Below are positions 1-7,143 of a stretch of DNA of 24,000 nt, in pieces. The notes beneath the pieces are model-generated. The model saw only the letters and a program-made list of their open reading frames with translations. It was not told where the DNA came from and did no database searches. The translations under genes and the position numbers were made by a program. Positions within the stretch are counted from its first letter, which is position 1; each line of letters starts with the position of its first letter. Source of the DNA: Vescimonas coprocola (GTDB taxonomy: Bacteria > Bacillota > Clostridia > Oscillospirales > Oscillospiraceae); assembly GCF_018408575.1 (NCBI RefSeq), contig NZ_AP023418.1, positions 872,415 through 896,414 of the forward strand, in the 5' to 3' direction.

Positions 1-17
1 GAGCAGAAAGGAAAACT

Positions 18-236
18 ATGGGTACGATTTTTTCCCGTGTAAAACTCAGCGGAAAGCATGTGGCCGCCCTCTTGGCGCTGATGCTGCTCTCCGCTGTGAC
101 AGCCATGCTGCTGCCTACTGCCCTGGCCAGTATGATTGACATCGGAGTGGCCGGAGAAAACCGAAACACCATCCTAATCATTGCGGCGGTGATGGCAACC
201 CTGGCCATTCTGCGGCTCTGTGTTTATTATATCTGA
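18..236 (+). pseudogene. N-terminal fragment of an ABC exporter (start of the transmembrane domain), truncated at the island junction
   Basis: AAAGGA lies 5 nt upstream of the ATG. The hydrophobic N-terminus (AALLALMLLSAVTAMLLPTALASMIDIGV) is typical of ABC exporter membrane domains. The frame closes at TGA 234-236, where G+C drops and recombinase-related DNA begins. The rest of the gene is absent from the window. Confidence 0.45.
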
Positions 237-361
237 GCTATTCACAGTAAAGTTGGACATTTGTATTCAGCGGGAGAAAATAACCTTGACAAATCTCGTC
301 TCAAAAACTTATCCTGCAAAAGTACGCCGATGAGAATGGGTTCCAGAACACCAGATTTTAT

Positions 362-1888
362 GTGGACGATGGCTATTCCGGCGCGAATTTCAATCGCCCA
401 GCCTTTGAACAGATGATGGATGACATGAGCAACGGCGACATCGCCGTCATCATCACAAAGGATCTTTCCCGCCTTGGAAGAAACCAACTGCACACCGGTC
501 TTTATATCGAGGAGATATTCCCTTCCAATGATGTGCGCTACATCGCTGTCAACGACAATGTTGACACCAAGTATGAAAACAGCAACGAGCTGATGCCTTT
601 CAAGAATTTGTTCAATGAATGGCACGTGCGGGACTGCAGCCGCAAGGTGCGGAATGTAGTGAACGCCAAGGCACAGCGGGGAATCCGGGTGGGGACACGA
701 GCTCCTTACGGCTACCGCAAGGGTGCAACCAAGGACTCTCCTCTGTTGGTGGATGAGGAGGCGGCGGCTGTCGTCAAACGCATCTTCGCCATGTGCGCCG
801 GCGGAATGGGACCAGCCCAGATTGCAAAGCAGCTCAAGAAAGAATGCATCTACAGTCCATCCATGTACGCCTATACGAAATTCGGCACATCCCATTCCGG
901 GCTGAATGCAGAGCGGCCCTACAACTGGACTGGCGACATGGTGGCGGATATGCTTCAGAACATGGTCTACCTTGGGCACACGGTCAACCTTCGCTACAGC
1001 ACCAAGTCCTACAAGGACAAAAAACGATGTGAACGCCCGAAATCAGAGTGGCTTATCTTTGAGAATACTCATGAAGAGCTGGTGGATCAGGAAACCTGGG
1101 ATATCGTACAGGAGGTGCGATCTCATAAGCGCCGCCGCACGAATATGGATGAGCAGAATATGTTCTCTGGATTGGTGTATTGTGCGGACTGCAGTAAGCC
1201 CATGGTATTGCACCGGGCGCACACCATGAAGCCGGAACAGAATCATTTCACCTGCCGCACCTACAAGAAGGACGGGGCAGAAGTGTGTAGCGCTCACTAT
1301 ATCCGGGAAGTGGCACTGAAGGAAATCGTGCTGGAAACAATCCGCAGAGCCACAGAGTTTGCCAGGAGCGACCCGGAGCGGTTCGCCGCATATATTCAGC
1401 AAAAGCAATCTACTGAGGTGGCAAAGGAGATCCGGGGGTTGGAACGGGAATTGTCCACGATGCGGAAACGGGATGGCGAACTGGATGTAGTGTTCAAGCG
1501 GATGTATGAGGACAGCGCCTTGGGACGGGTGAGCAATGAGCAGTTCCGTTTGCTGTCTGAGGCATACTCCAAGGAGAAAGCGCAGCTGGCCGAAGCCATC
1601 CCTGCCACGGAGGAGCGCCTGGAGAAACTACGCAGTAGCATGGCCAACGCCAAGAACTTCATCGCCAAGGCCAGAAAGTTCACCGACATGACGGAACTGA
1701 CCCCGGAACTGCTCCGCACCTTTGTGGCGAAAATCATCGTGTATGAGAAAGAGGTCAAATACTCCAAGCACGCACCGCAGAAGATCCACATCTGTTTTCG
1801 GGACTTCAACCTCAACGAGACAGACGATATGCTTCTATGCGGAGAGACAACAGAAAAGGCAGACAGTACAATTGCACTGCCTGCCTAA
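362..1888 (+). pseudogene. Large serine recombinase (TnpX/TndX/SpoIVCA class) lacking its start and catalytic-serine N-terminus
   Basis: The ORF begins at the DDGYSG motif, followed by VIITKDLSRLGRN, the recombinase domain, a Cys-rich zinc-ribbon segment (CADCSKP...FTCRTY...CSAHY) and a C-terminal coiled coil. Family homology (ISSQKLILQKYADENGF) continues in frame up to nt 290 and is cut by TGA 287-289. No Y-x-R-x-S nucleophile motif is present. Confidence 0.85.
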
Positions 1889-2033
1889 TCCGAGGACACG
1901 CTTCAAGGTACCCCTATCAGGAGTAGCGGAATGGTGTGCTGTTTTTACCTTGGTAAAAACGCATGCCCTATTTTCGCATGCCGTTTTGGGCGTTGGGAAA
2001 GTTGTGTCGCAGCAATCGGGGCTGCGTTTTTCG

Positions 2034-2062
2034 GTGCGTAGCTTCGGCTGCGCACTTTTTTA
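2034..2062 (+). terminator. Hairpin plus T-run downstream of the recombinase gene
   Basis: GTGCGTAGC-TTCG-GCTGCGCAC followed by TTTTTTATTTT. Confidence 0.5.
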
Positions 2063-2086
2063 TTTTATACGAAAGAAGGAACGCAA

Positions 2087-2512
2087 ATGAAAAAGACAAT
2101 TTCCCTACTCTTGGCGCTTGTGCTGTGCCTGTCCCTATGCGCTTGCGGAAGCAACTATCAAAAACAAGCAGAGGAAGTCGCTCCTAAATTGGATGGTAAG
2201 TGGGGACGAAGTTGGACTGCTCCAGTCGGAACAATGTATCAGGTTTATATCTTTGAATTTGAGGATGGAAACAGCGGAACTGCGGTACTTTATAATCAGG
2301 TAGATGACACACCAACGTCTGCTTGGAATGGTACATTCTCTGTCAGCACAAAGAAAGACGGTATCATTGATTTGTCTTTCCACACCTTTGTCGATAACAG
2401 TGGAACAGATGAGCTAGATGAGCCTAAGGAGATGGTGGTTCATTATACATACAAAGACGGAAACCTTTCTCTGACAGACGATGACGAGAACACACTTATT
2501 TTGCTTGGATAA
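2087..2512 (+). CDS. Lipoprotein of unknown function
   Basis: Signal peptide MKKTISLLLALVLCLSLCAC with a lipobox-like L-C-A-C. AAGGAA lies upstream. The codon usage is AT-rich, as in the rest of the island. Confidence 0.7.
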   Translation: MKKTISLLLALVLCLSLCACGSNYQKQAEEVAPKLDGKWGRSWTAPVGTMYQVYIFEFEDGNSGTAVLYNQVDDTPTSAWNGTFSVSTKKDGIIDLSFHTFVDNSGTDELDEPKEMVVHYTYKDGNLSLTDDDENTLILLG

Positions 2513-2538
2513 CGAATACACGAAAGGGTCAAACAAAA

Positions 2539-2997
2539 ATGCCTACCGTACATTCCGTTTTTGAAATTGCTCGCAAAACCATACACGCCAAGAAGCGCAT
2601 ACTTCTAATTGCTTTGGTTTTACTCTTGGTTGTATCCGTTTTCATTGGCAGCAGCATCTATAAGCGTAATTATTTCTCCCATGTTGTCTCTCAAATGCTG
2701 CGCCAATATCCTTTTGCCGACAATGGGGTAGCACAAGATGGCAGTTATTTGGAAATAGACACAAACCCCAATAATGCTGACCCAGATTCTGTTTCTTACA
2801 ATAGCCGCAAAGCCAGTGACTCTTTGGATGGAATCAAATTTGTGAATGAAAAACTCGGTTTTTCCAACTCTGTTTATCAAAAAATGGTATCTACTACTGC
2901 ATTGATGGGACGGCAAACCGCAGAGAACAAGCATTTTCGTGTTTCTTGGACATATCATCCGAACAAAGGTCTGGAAGTAATGTACGAGCGAAAATAG
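2539..2997 (+). CDS. N-terminally membrane-anchored protein of unknown function
   Basis: It has a single hydrophobic helix (ILLIALVLLLVVSVFIGSSIY) followed by a soluble domain. It starts 27 nt after the lipoprotein gene on the same strand. Confidence 0.6.
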   Translation: MPTVHSVFEIARKTIHAKKRILLIALVLLLVVSVFIGSSIYKRNYFSHVVSQMLRQYPFADNGVAQDGSYLEIDTNPNNADPDSVSYNSRKASDSLDGIKFVNEKLGFSNSVYQKMVSTTALMGRQTAENKHFRVSWTYHPNKGLEVMYERK

Positions 2998-3030
2998 CCT
3001 TTAATTTATTTCTTTGAAAAATGGAACGAA

Positions 3031-3070
3031 AAGGGCAGAGCGTTGTTGCGTTCTGCCCTTTTTGATTTTT
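3031..3070. terminator. Hairpin between convergent genes with a T-run
   Basis: AAGGGCAGA...TCTGCCCTT followed by TTTTGATTTTT. Confidence 0.55.
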
Positions 3071-3656
3071 ATCTCTCCAACAGCTCAATATACTTATAAA
3101 CCGTTGTCCTGCTCAAATCGCAAACCCTTGCCAATTCCGAAACATTCAGCGTTCCACTTTTGAATGCAGGATAATGTCTCAGGAAATTTGCAGGAATGTC
3201 CTCCTTGCCTACCTGCGGCCTGCCGATTCGCTTTCCCTTAGCTTTGGCATTCGCCATACCAGAGCGCACACGGCTCCGTATCATGGCAAGCTCCAACTGG
3301 CTGAACACGCCTGCCATTTGCAGAAATGCCTCGCTCATAGGGTCTGCTTTGCCCTCCCGACAGTCCAGCGTGATACTGCCAAGAATCACCAGCCGCAGGC
3401 GCTTTTCTCGGATGATCTCGATGATCTCACAAAGCTGCTGGGTGCTTCTGGCAAGTCTCGGGACCTCCAACACAAGAATGGTGTCGCCTGCCTCGGCGTC
3501 TGCGAACATCTGCGCCTGCTGGCTTTTCACCTTGGCGTCTCCGTGTTCGTACTCCATGTAGACGACCTCTGCGCCAGCGGCTTTCAGCTCCCGTACCTGT
3601 CTGCCAATGTCCTGCTTGGTTTCATTGGTGGAGCATCTGGAATATCCTCTTTTCAT
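3069..3656 (-). CDS. Small serine recombinase (resolvase/invertase family), apparently intact
   Basis: Start chosen at MKRGYSRCSTNETKQD, which follows AAGGAGG. The catalytic motif Y-S-R-C-S-T is present, as are RLARS, SQLELAMIRSRVRSGMANAKAKGKRIGRP and a C-terminal HTH (VSELARVCDLSRTTVYKYI). Confidence 0.9.
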   Translation of the reverse strand: MKRGYSRCSTNETKQDIGRQVRELKAAGAEVVYMEYEHGDAKVKSQQAQMFADAEAGDTILVLEVPRLARSTQQLCEIIEIIREKRLRLVILGSITLDCREGKADPMSEAFLQMAGVFSQLELAMIRSRVRSGMANAKAKGKRIGRPQVGKEDIPANFLRHYPAFKSGTLNVSELARVCDLSRTTVYKYIELLER

Positions 3657-3714
3657 CCTGCTATTCCTCCTTCCCTCTCCATGAGCCTGCAAGCCCATGG
3701 AGAGGGGTTCTTTT

Positions 3715-3993
3715 TTAGGCGCTGATAGTGAAGCGACGGCTGGAAACCTGCTTGGTGTACGCCTTGTAGATTTCAGGCATCACCTTTTTGAATGCGGTGC
3801 TGTCAAATCGGTTGGAGAGGATAGCAGTGTATCGGACGATGTACTGTCCAGCAATCAGTTCCTCTACCTCTCTGGCTTCCATCTCTGCCTTGATGGTGTT
3901 GCGGATGGTGTCGGCCTCGGCTTTAAGTTCCTCCATCATGGCTTCGTATTTGTTCAGCAGTTCAATCTTGGCAAGCAGTTCGATTTTAGACAT
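3715..3993 (-). CDS. Hypothetical protein with a coiled-coil N-terminus, first gene of the resolvase operon
   Basis: AAGGAG lies 9 nt upstream of the ATG. The 92-aa ORF ends 58 nt upstream of the resolvase start. I recognise no domain. Confidence 0.6.
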   Translation of the reverse strand: MSKIELLAKIELLNKYEAMMEELKAEADTIRNTIKAEMEAREVEELIAGQYIVRYTAILSNRFDSTAFKKVMPEIYKAYTKQVSSRRFTISA

Positions 3994-4119
3994 TTTCGGT
4001 TTCTCCTTTATTTTGTGGTTGCCGTCTCTCCGTGCTGTCGCTGCTCCTTTGTGGGTTGTTCAGGGGGCTTACAACAGGCAGTGTTGAAATTGGCTGCCCC
4101 TCAATTACAAGAAAATTAT

Positions 4120-4206
4120 AGCACTAAATGCTGGTGCTGTCTATTGACATATTGCACTAATATTTGGTGCTTTATTTGTTCAAAATTAGCACTTGATTTT
4201 AGTGCA
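4120..4206. promoter_or_regulatory. Array of three 5-N9-5 palindromes (WGCAC-N9-GTGCW): operator array or res-like site
   Basis: AGCAC-N9-GTGCT at 4120-4138, TGCAC-N9-GTGCT at 4153-4171 and AGCAC-N9-GTGCA at 4188-4206. The sites start 33-35 bp apart. The six half-sites fit ataWGCACTAA. The array lies between the divergent resolvase operon and the XRE gene. Confidence 0.55.
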
Positions 4207-4221
4207 TATCTGTGATAGAAT
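4193..4221 (+). promoter_or_regulatory. Sigma-A-type promoter of the XRE gene
   Basis: TTGATT (4193-4198), a 17-nt spacer, then TG-A-TAGAAT (4213-4221). The third palindrome overlaps the -35. Confidence 0.55.
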
Positions 4222-4249
4222 AAGGACAATGGAAAAGGAGGCGCATTTT

Positions 4250-4477
4250 ATGGCAATCCGTTACAAGGTGGACGTGTTGGCAGAGCTGAAAAAGAAAGGC
4301 TACACCTCTACCAAAATCCGTGAAGAAAAACTGATTGGTCAGTCCTACCTCCAACAGCTAAGGCATGGGGAACTGGTGTCGTGGAAAACGCTGGACACAA
4401 TCTGCGCTCTGTTGGACTGTCAGCCTGCCGATCTGATTGAGTATGTAAAAGAGGACGATGTCAGCGAAAGGGGCTGA
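4250..4477 (+). CDS. XRE/Cro-type helix-turn-helix regulator (75 aa)
   Basis: Start chosen at MAIRYKV, after AAAGGAGG. The ending ...WKTLDTICALLDCQPADLIEYV is characteristic of short XRE-family HTH proteins. Confidence 0.8.
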   Translation: MAIRYKVDVLAELKKKGYTSTKIREEKLIGQSYLQQLRHGELVSWKTLDTICALLDCQPADLIEYVKEDDVSERG

Positions 4478-4737
4478 CGTGTTTCCTGAACAGAAATTTT
4501 GCGTTTTGGGGTGCCTTCAGGGGCGTTTTTCAGGAACCAAAAGTGTCTGCGAAACCAAATGTTTGATTGTACAAGGGGCTGTATTTCAGGAAAGCCAGAC
4601 GATTTCCCACCATACGGAAAAAGGCGTGGCCTGCGCTCCTACCAAGAGAGGGTTTGATTTCCGCAAACGGCTTTCAGGTCTGTTTGCGGACAGCCCTTTT
4701 TCACGCCACACGGCGCAGACGGCAGAAAACGAAAAAA

Positions 4738-4780
4738 CGGCAAGCCAACCAAGGGTTTTCCTTGTGTCGGCTTGCCGTTT
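4738..4780 (-). terminator. Terminator of the leftward island operon (usable in both directions)
   Basis: CGGCAAGCC...GGCTTGCCG with an inner CAAGG/CCTTG stem. It is flanked by A6 on one side and TTT on the other, and sits immediately after the stop at 4784. Confidence 0.65.
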
Positions 4781-4783
4781 CTC

Positions 4784-4939
4784 TTAAAGTTTGATTTTGA
4801 TTTCCTTGTTCCAGTCCTTCAGCAAATCGTCCACTGCCGCATCCAATGCCGTTTTCATGGACTTTTCCATAATGCTGAAAATCTCTTTTTCAAGGACGGA
4901 CTGCTTCTTTTTCTTCTTGTCCTCTTTCTTTTCGCTCAT
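4784..4939 (-). CDS. Small Lys-rich ORF (51 aa), below the ORF-track length cutoff
   Basis: MSEKKEDKKKKKQSVLEKEIFSIMEKSMKTALDAAVDDLLKDWNKEIKIKL. Its ATG overlaps the upstream stop as ATGA (4936-4939), and the terminator follows. Confidence 0.45.
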   Translation of the reverse strand: MSEKKEDKKKKKQSVLEKEIFSIMEKSMKTALDAAVDDLLKDWNKEIKIKL

Positions 4940-5127
4940 CGTTTGATCTTCACCTCGCTCTTGATCTTGACAGAATCCACGGAATCCGCAAGTTCTTCCT
5001 GTTCTGCCTGCTGTCTGTTCATTTTCTTGTGGAGGGCGTATCTGATCTGCTCAGGGGTGTAACCGTCCATGCACATGGAATCGTAGTATTCAGGCACGTC
5101 CTTAAAATAATCATCAATTAGGCTCAT
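4936..5127 (-). CDS. Small hypothetical protein (63 aa)
   Basis: A strong AAGGAGG lies 7 nt upstream of the ATG. The gene is translationally coupled to the next small ORF. Confidence 0.55.
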   Translation of the reverse strand: MSLIDDYFKDVPEYYDSMCMDGYTPEQIRYALHKKMNRQQAEQEELADSVDSVKIKSEVKIKR

Positions 5128-5205
5128 TGATTTGCCTCCTTCTTTTTTCTTCTACTCTCTATGGGAAATGGAATGGATGGACTGTCCTGTTTTGCTTTTT
5201 TAATT

Positions 5206-5261
5206 CACACTATTAACACTGGATATAATTCTATATTTCCAATGTTAACAGTGTGGTTCAA
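5206..5261 (-). promoter_or_regulatory. Palindromic operator plus promoter-like cassette, copy 1
   Basis: CACACTATTAACACTGG (5206-5222), N16, CCAATGTTAACAGTGTG (5239-5255); 15 of 17 arm positions are complementary. On the minus strand, TTGAAC (5261-5256) is followed by a 17-nt spacer and AAATAT. The cassette starts 2 nt after the upstream stop codon. Confidence 0.5.
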
Positions 5262-5263
5262 AT

Positions 5264-5911
5264 TTACCCGTATGCCCGTTCATAGCTTTCATTGGTGAGG
5301 GCAATCAGCGTTTGAATTGCCTCCTGCTCCATGGCATTGGCTTCGGGGACGGCCTGCTTTCTCGGAAAACCGTCGTATTTTTCCAGAATCATCGGACAGA
5401 CGATTTTCAGCTCTCCGCCGAATTCCTCTTTCCAGCCCCAGTAGTCGTGCCATGCCTCCAAGTATTCCTGCTTGTCGGCTTCCCTGTAAACTCCACCGTG
5501 GGCAAAGTAGTAGACAAATTCCTGACTGCTTTTGGACCAGAGGCCCAAATCATAGAGCTTTTGCAGATAGACGGCGATACTCTGCCGTGAGACGTGATGG
5601 CCGCATTCCTCCAAGGCCGCAGCTTTTCGCTCATCGGGATAGGTGAAAAATTCCTCGTCATTGAAGCAGTAATAGAACAGGTTGCGGACCTTTTCAAAGT
5701 CGGAATTGGGGGCAAACTGCAATTCTCGGATGCAATAGGTTGGGAAACGATCTGGAATGGATTGAATCGTGATTTTCAGCTTTGCGCCTCGGCCCTCTGC
5801 GGTGTAGGCAATCCCTCGCCGTTGCAGCTTTTTCAGAACGCTCTGACGATCTGCTGCCCCTCCCAGCTCTTGGGCAAGCTGAGGGAGCGTGTAGGTCTTT
5901 TCTTCTAACAT
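5264..5911 (-). CDS. Hypothetical DNA-binding protein with two HTH-like segments (215 aa)
   Basis: Start chosen at MLEEKTYTLPQLAQELG, after AAGGAGG. HTH-like stretches are TLPQLAQELGGAADRQSVLKKLQRRGI and VSRQSIAVYLQKLYDLGL. The gene is bracketed by the two palindromic cassettes. Confidence 0.6.
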   Translation of the reverse strand: MLEEKTYTLPQLAQELGGAADRQSVLKKLQRRGIAYTAEGRGAKLKITIQSIPDRFPTYCIRELQFAPNSDFEKVRNLFYYCFNDEEFFTYPDERKAAALEECGHHVSRQSIAVYLQKLYDLGLWSKSSQEFVYYFAHGGVYREADKQEYLEAWHDYWGWKEEFGGELKIVCPMILEKYDGFPRKQAVPEANAMEQEAIQTLIALTNESYERAYG

Positions 5912-5937
5912 GGCTCCTCCTTCTGGAACATTCAAGT

Positions 5938-5991
5938 GGGCTATTAACATCGGAAAATATGGTATTTTCCAATGTTAATAGTGTGATTCAA
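5938..5991 (-). promoter_or_regulatory. Palindromic operator plus promoter-like cassette, copy 2
   Basis: CTATTAACAT (5941-5950) and ATGTTAATAG (5972-5981) form a perfect 10-bp core. The cassette shares 22 of 25 positions with copy 1 (5969-5993 versus 5239-5263). On the minus strand, TTGAAT is at 5991-5986. Confidence 0.5.
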
Positions 5992-5993
5992 AA

Positions 5994-6464
5994 TCAGGAC
6001 GCTTTCTTTTCGGCTTTGGTTTCCTCGTCCAGAAAGGTCATTCCATTGACCACCTCGGGAGAATGGCTGAGGTAAAACAGCGGGTTCGTTCGGAACTCGG
6101 GGAACTGCGCCGTGAACCATTTCCGCACCAGAGAATAACCGTTGTGCTGGACGGCAGAAGCGAAGTCCTTCACGAAGCTGTACTCCCGCAGATAGCTTTC
6201 CTTCTTGGGAAGGGCAGAAAGGAACTTCTCCATGCGCTCATAGGTCAGATTTTTGAACTGGTTGCAGTTGAACTTCTCTCCACTCTTGGTTGTGTAGTGG
6301 GTGGCGGACTTGTGGGTTTTTCTCATAATCACCAGCGCAGGAAAATCGGCTCTGAATTTCTGCACCAGCTTATATTCCTCTCTCTCGGGATTGTTCATGG
6401 CCTCTGCAAACTTGGCGGTAATGGTCAGGGTCTGGGCAACAACATCAAACTTGAACTTTTCCAT
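5994..6464 (-). CDS. Hypothetical protein, paralogue A of a tandem pair
   Basis: GGAAAGG lies upstream of the ATG. It shares a motif skeleton with the next gene (QT-TxT, EY, HK-T, TYE-M, EY--VK, Y-L--KWF). Confidence 0.65.
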   Translation of the reverse strand: MEKFKFDVVAQTLTITAKFAEAMNNPEREEYKLVQKFRADFPALVIMRKTHKSATHYTTKSGEKFNCNQFKNLTYERMEKFLSALPKKESYLREYSFVKDFASAVQHNGYSLVRKWFTAQFPEFRTNPLFYLSHSPEVVNGMTFLDEETKAEKKAS

Positions 6465-6497
6465 GGTAGATACCTTTCCTTTCTATGTGTGGGTGGA

Positions 6498-6950
6498 TTA
6501 AGCTGCTTCCTTGGTTGCCTGCACAATGCGGAAGTCGGCAATGGTCTTTCTGGCGGCATCCATATCGAAACCGCTTTCCTCATCGCTGAACTTGCCAAGA
6601 AACCACTTCTTGGTCAGAGGGTAGGCCTTGGTTCCGCACTTTTTCGCCATTTCCTTGACGGATTCATATTCATGCGCCAAAGTAGCGTTCTCGAAGGTCG
6701 CAATGTAATCCTCCATGAACTTGAAGTCCATGCCCTCATAGGTTTTCTTGGCGCTTGTCGCCTTGTGCTTCTGCTCTTTGACCGTCAGCGTAAAGGTGGG
6801 ATGCGCCGCCATTTTGGCAGTCAGTTCCTCGTACTCAGGGCCGAAGCCCTTTCCGGCCTTGGCAAAGCTGGCCTTGGTGCCGGTGATGGTCTGCTTGAAG
6901 AAGTCGATGGTGAAACGGACGGCGGAATTGGTAGAAGTAGTGGTGTTCAT
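6498..6950 (-). CDS. Hypothetical protein, paralogue B of a tandem pair
   Basis: Start chosen at the internal MNTTTSTNSAVRF, preceded by AAAGGA. The longer track ORF to 7040 has no RBS. Confidence 0.65.
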   Translation of the reverse strand: MNTTTSTNSAVRFTIDFFKQTITGTKASFAKAGKGFGPEYEELTAKMAAHPTFTLTVKEQKHKATSAKKTYEGMDFKFMEDYIATFENATLAHEYESVKEMAKKCGTKAYPLTKKWFLGKFSDEESGFDMDAARKTIADFRIVQATKEAA

Positions 6951-7053
6951 GGTAATGTCCTTTCTTGGCTCTTGGCCGTGGCGGTAGGTCGCAACCCTTA
7001 TTTCTTTTGGAGAGGTTTTTGTTTTGTTTATCTCTCTCAATCTTTACACCCAG

Positions 7054-7093
7054 ATTATACAAAAGAACCTATCCAATATAATAGGATAGGTTC
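7054..7093 (-). promoter_or_regulatory. Promoter-like TATAAT with an adjacent 10-bp hairpin/operator, upstream of the leftward operon
   Basis: On the minus strand, TTG-TATAAT is at 7059-7054. GAACCTATCC-N9-GGATAGGTTC (7065-7093) occupies the -35 region. Confidence 0.45.
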
Positions 7094-7143
7094 AGAAAAG
7101 AAATCACTTATTTTTGATTGGCTTTTCCTTCTCTTGGCGACAG

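Noticed and set aside
1941-1960. The palindrome GTTTTTACC-TT-GGTAAAAAC resembles TTTTACC-ATG-GGTAAAAAC at 14593-14611.
   Set aside because: These are short AT-rich palindromes. The two half-matches are not independent, so the similarity may be chance. No supporting context links the two loci.
4120-4206. AGCAC-N9-GTGCT resembles the CIRCE/HrcA operator core (TTAGCACTC-N9-GAGTGCTAA).
   Set aside because: In CIRCE the AGCAC and GTGCT cores are 13 nt apart, whereas here they are 9 nt apart. The flanking bases differ. The context is a mobile-element switch region rather than groES/dnaK.
4477-4489. An exact 13-nt match, ACGTGTTTCCTGA, between 4477-4489 and 7287-7299 near the island's right edge, as possible end-related sites.
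   Set aside because: A few 13-nt matches are expected by chance in 24 kb on two strands, and the similarity does not clearly extend. It is worth a formal alignment only.
4458-5062. Track ORFs 4458-4787, 4567-4794 and 4772-5062 on the plus strand.
   Set aside because: They have no RBS. They run through the bidirectional terminator and antisense to the two small minus-strand genes that have strong RBSs. Their sequences look non-protein-like.
5251-5263. GGTTCAAAT resembles a tRNA T-loop, raising the possibility of a tRNA or tRNA-derived att site.
   Set aside because: There is no flanking T-stem, acceptor or anticodon arm. The motif is part of the duplicated promoter/operator cassette, as TTGAAC on the other strand.
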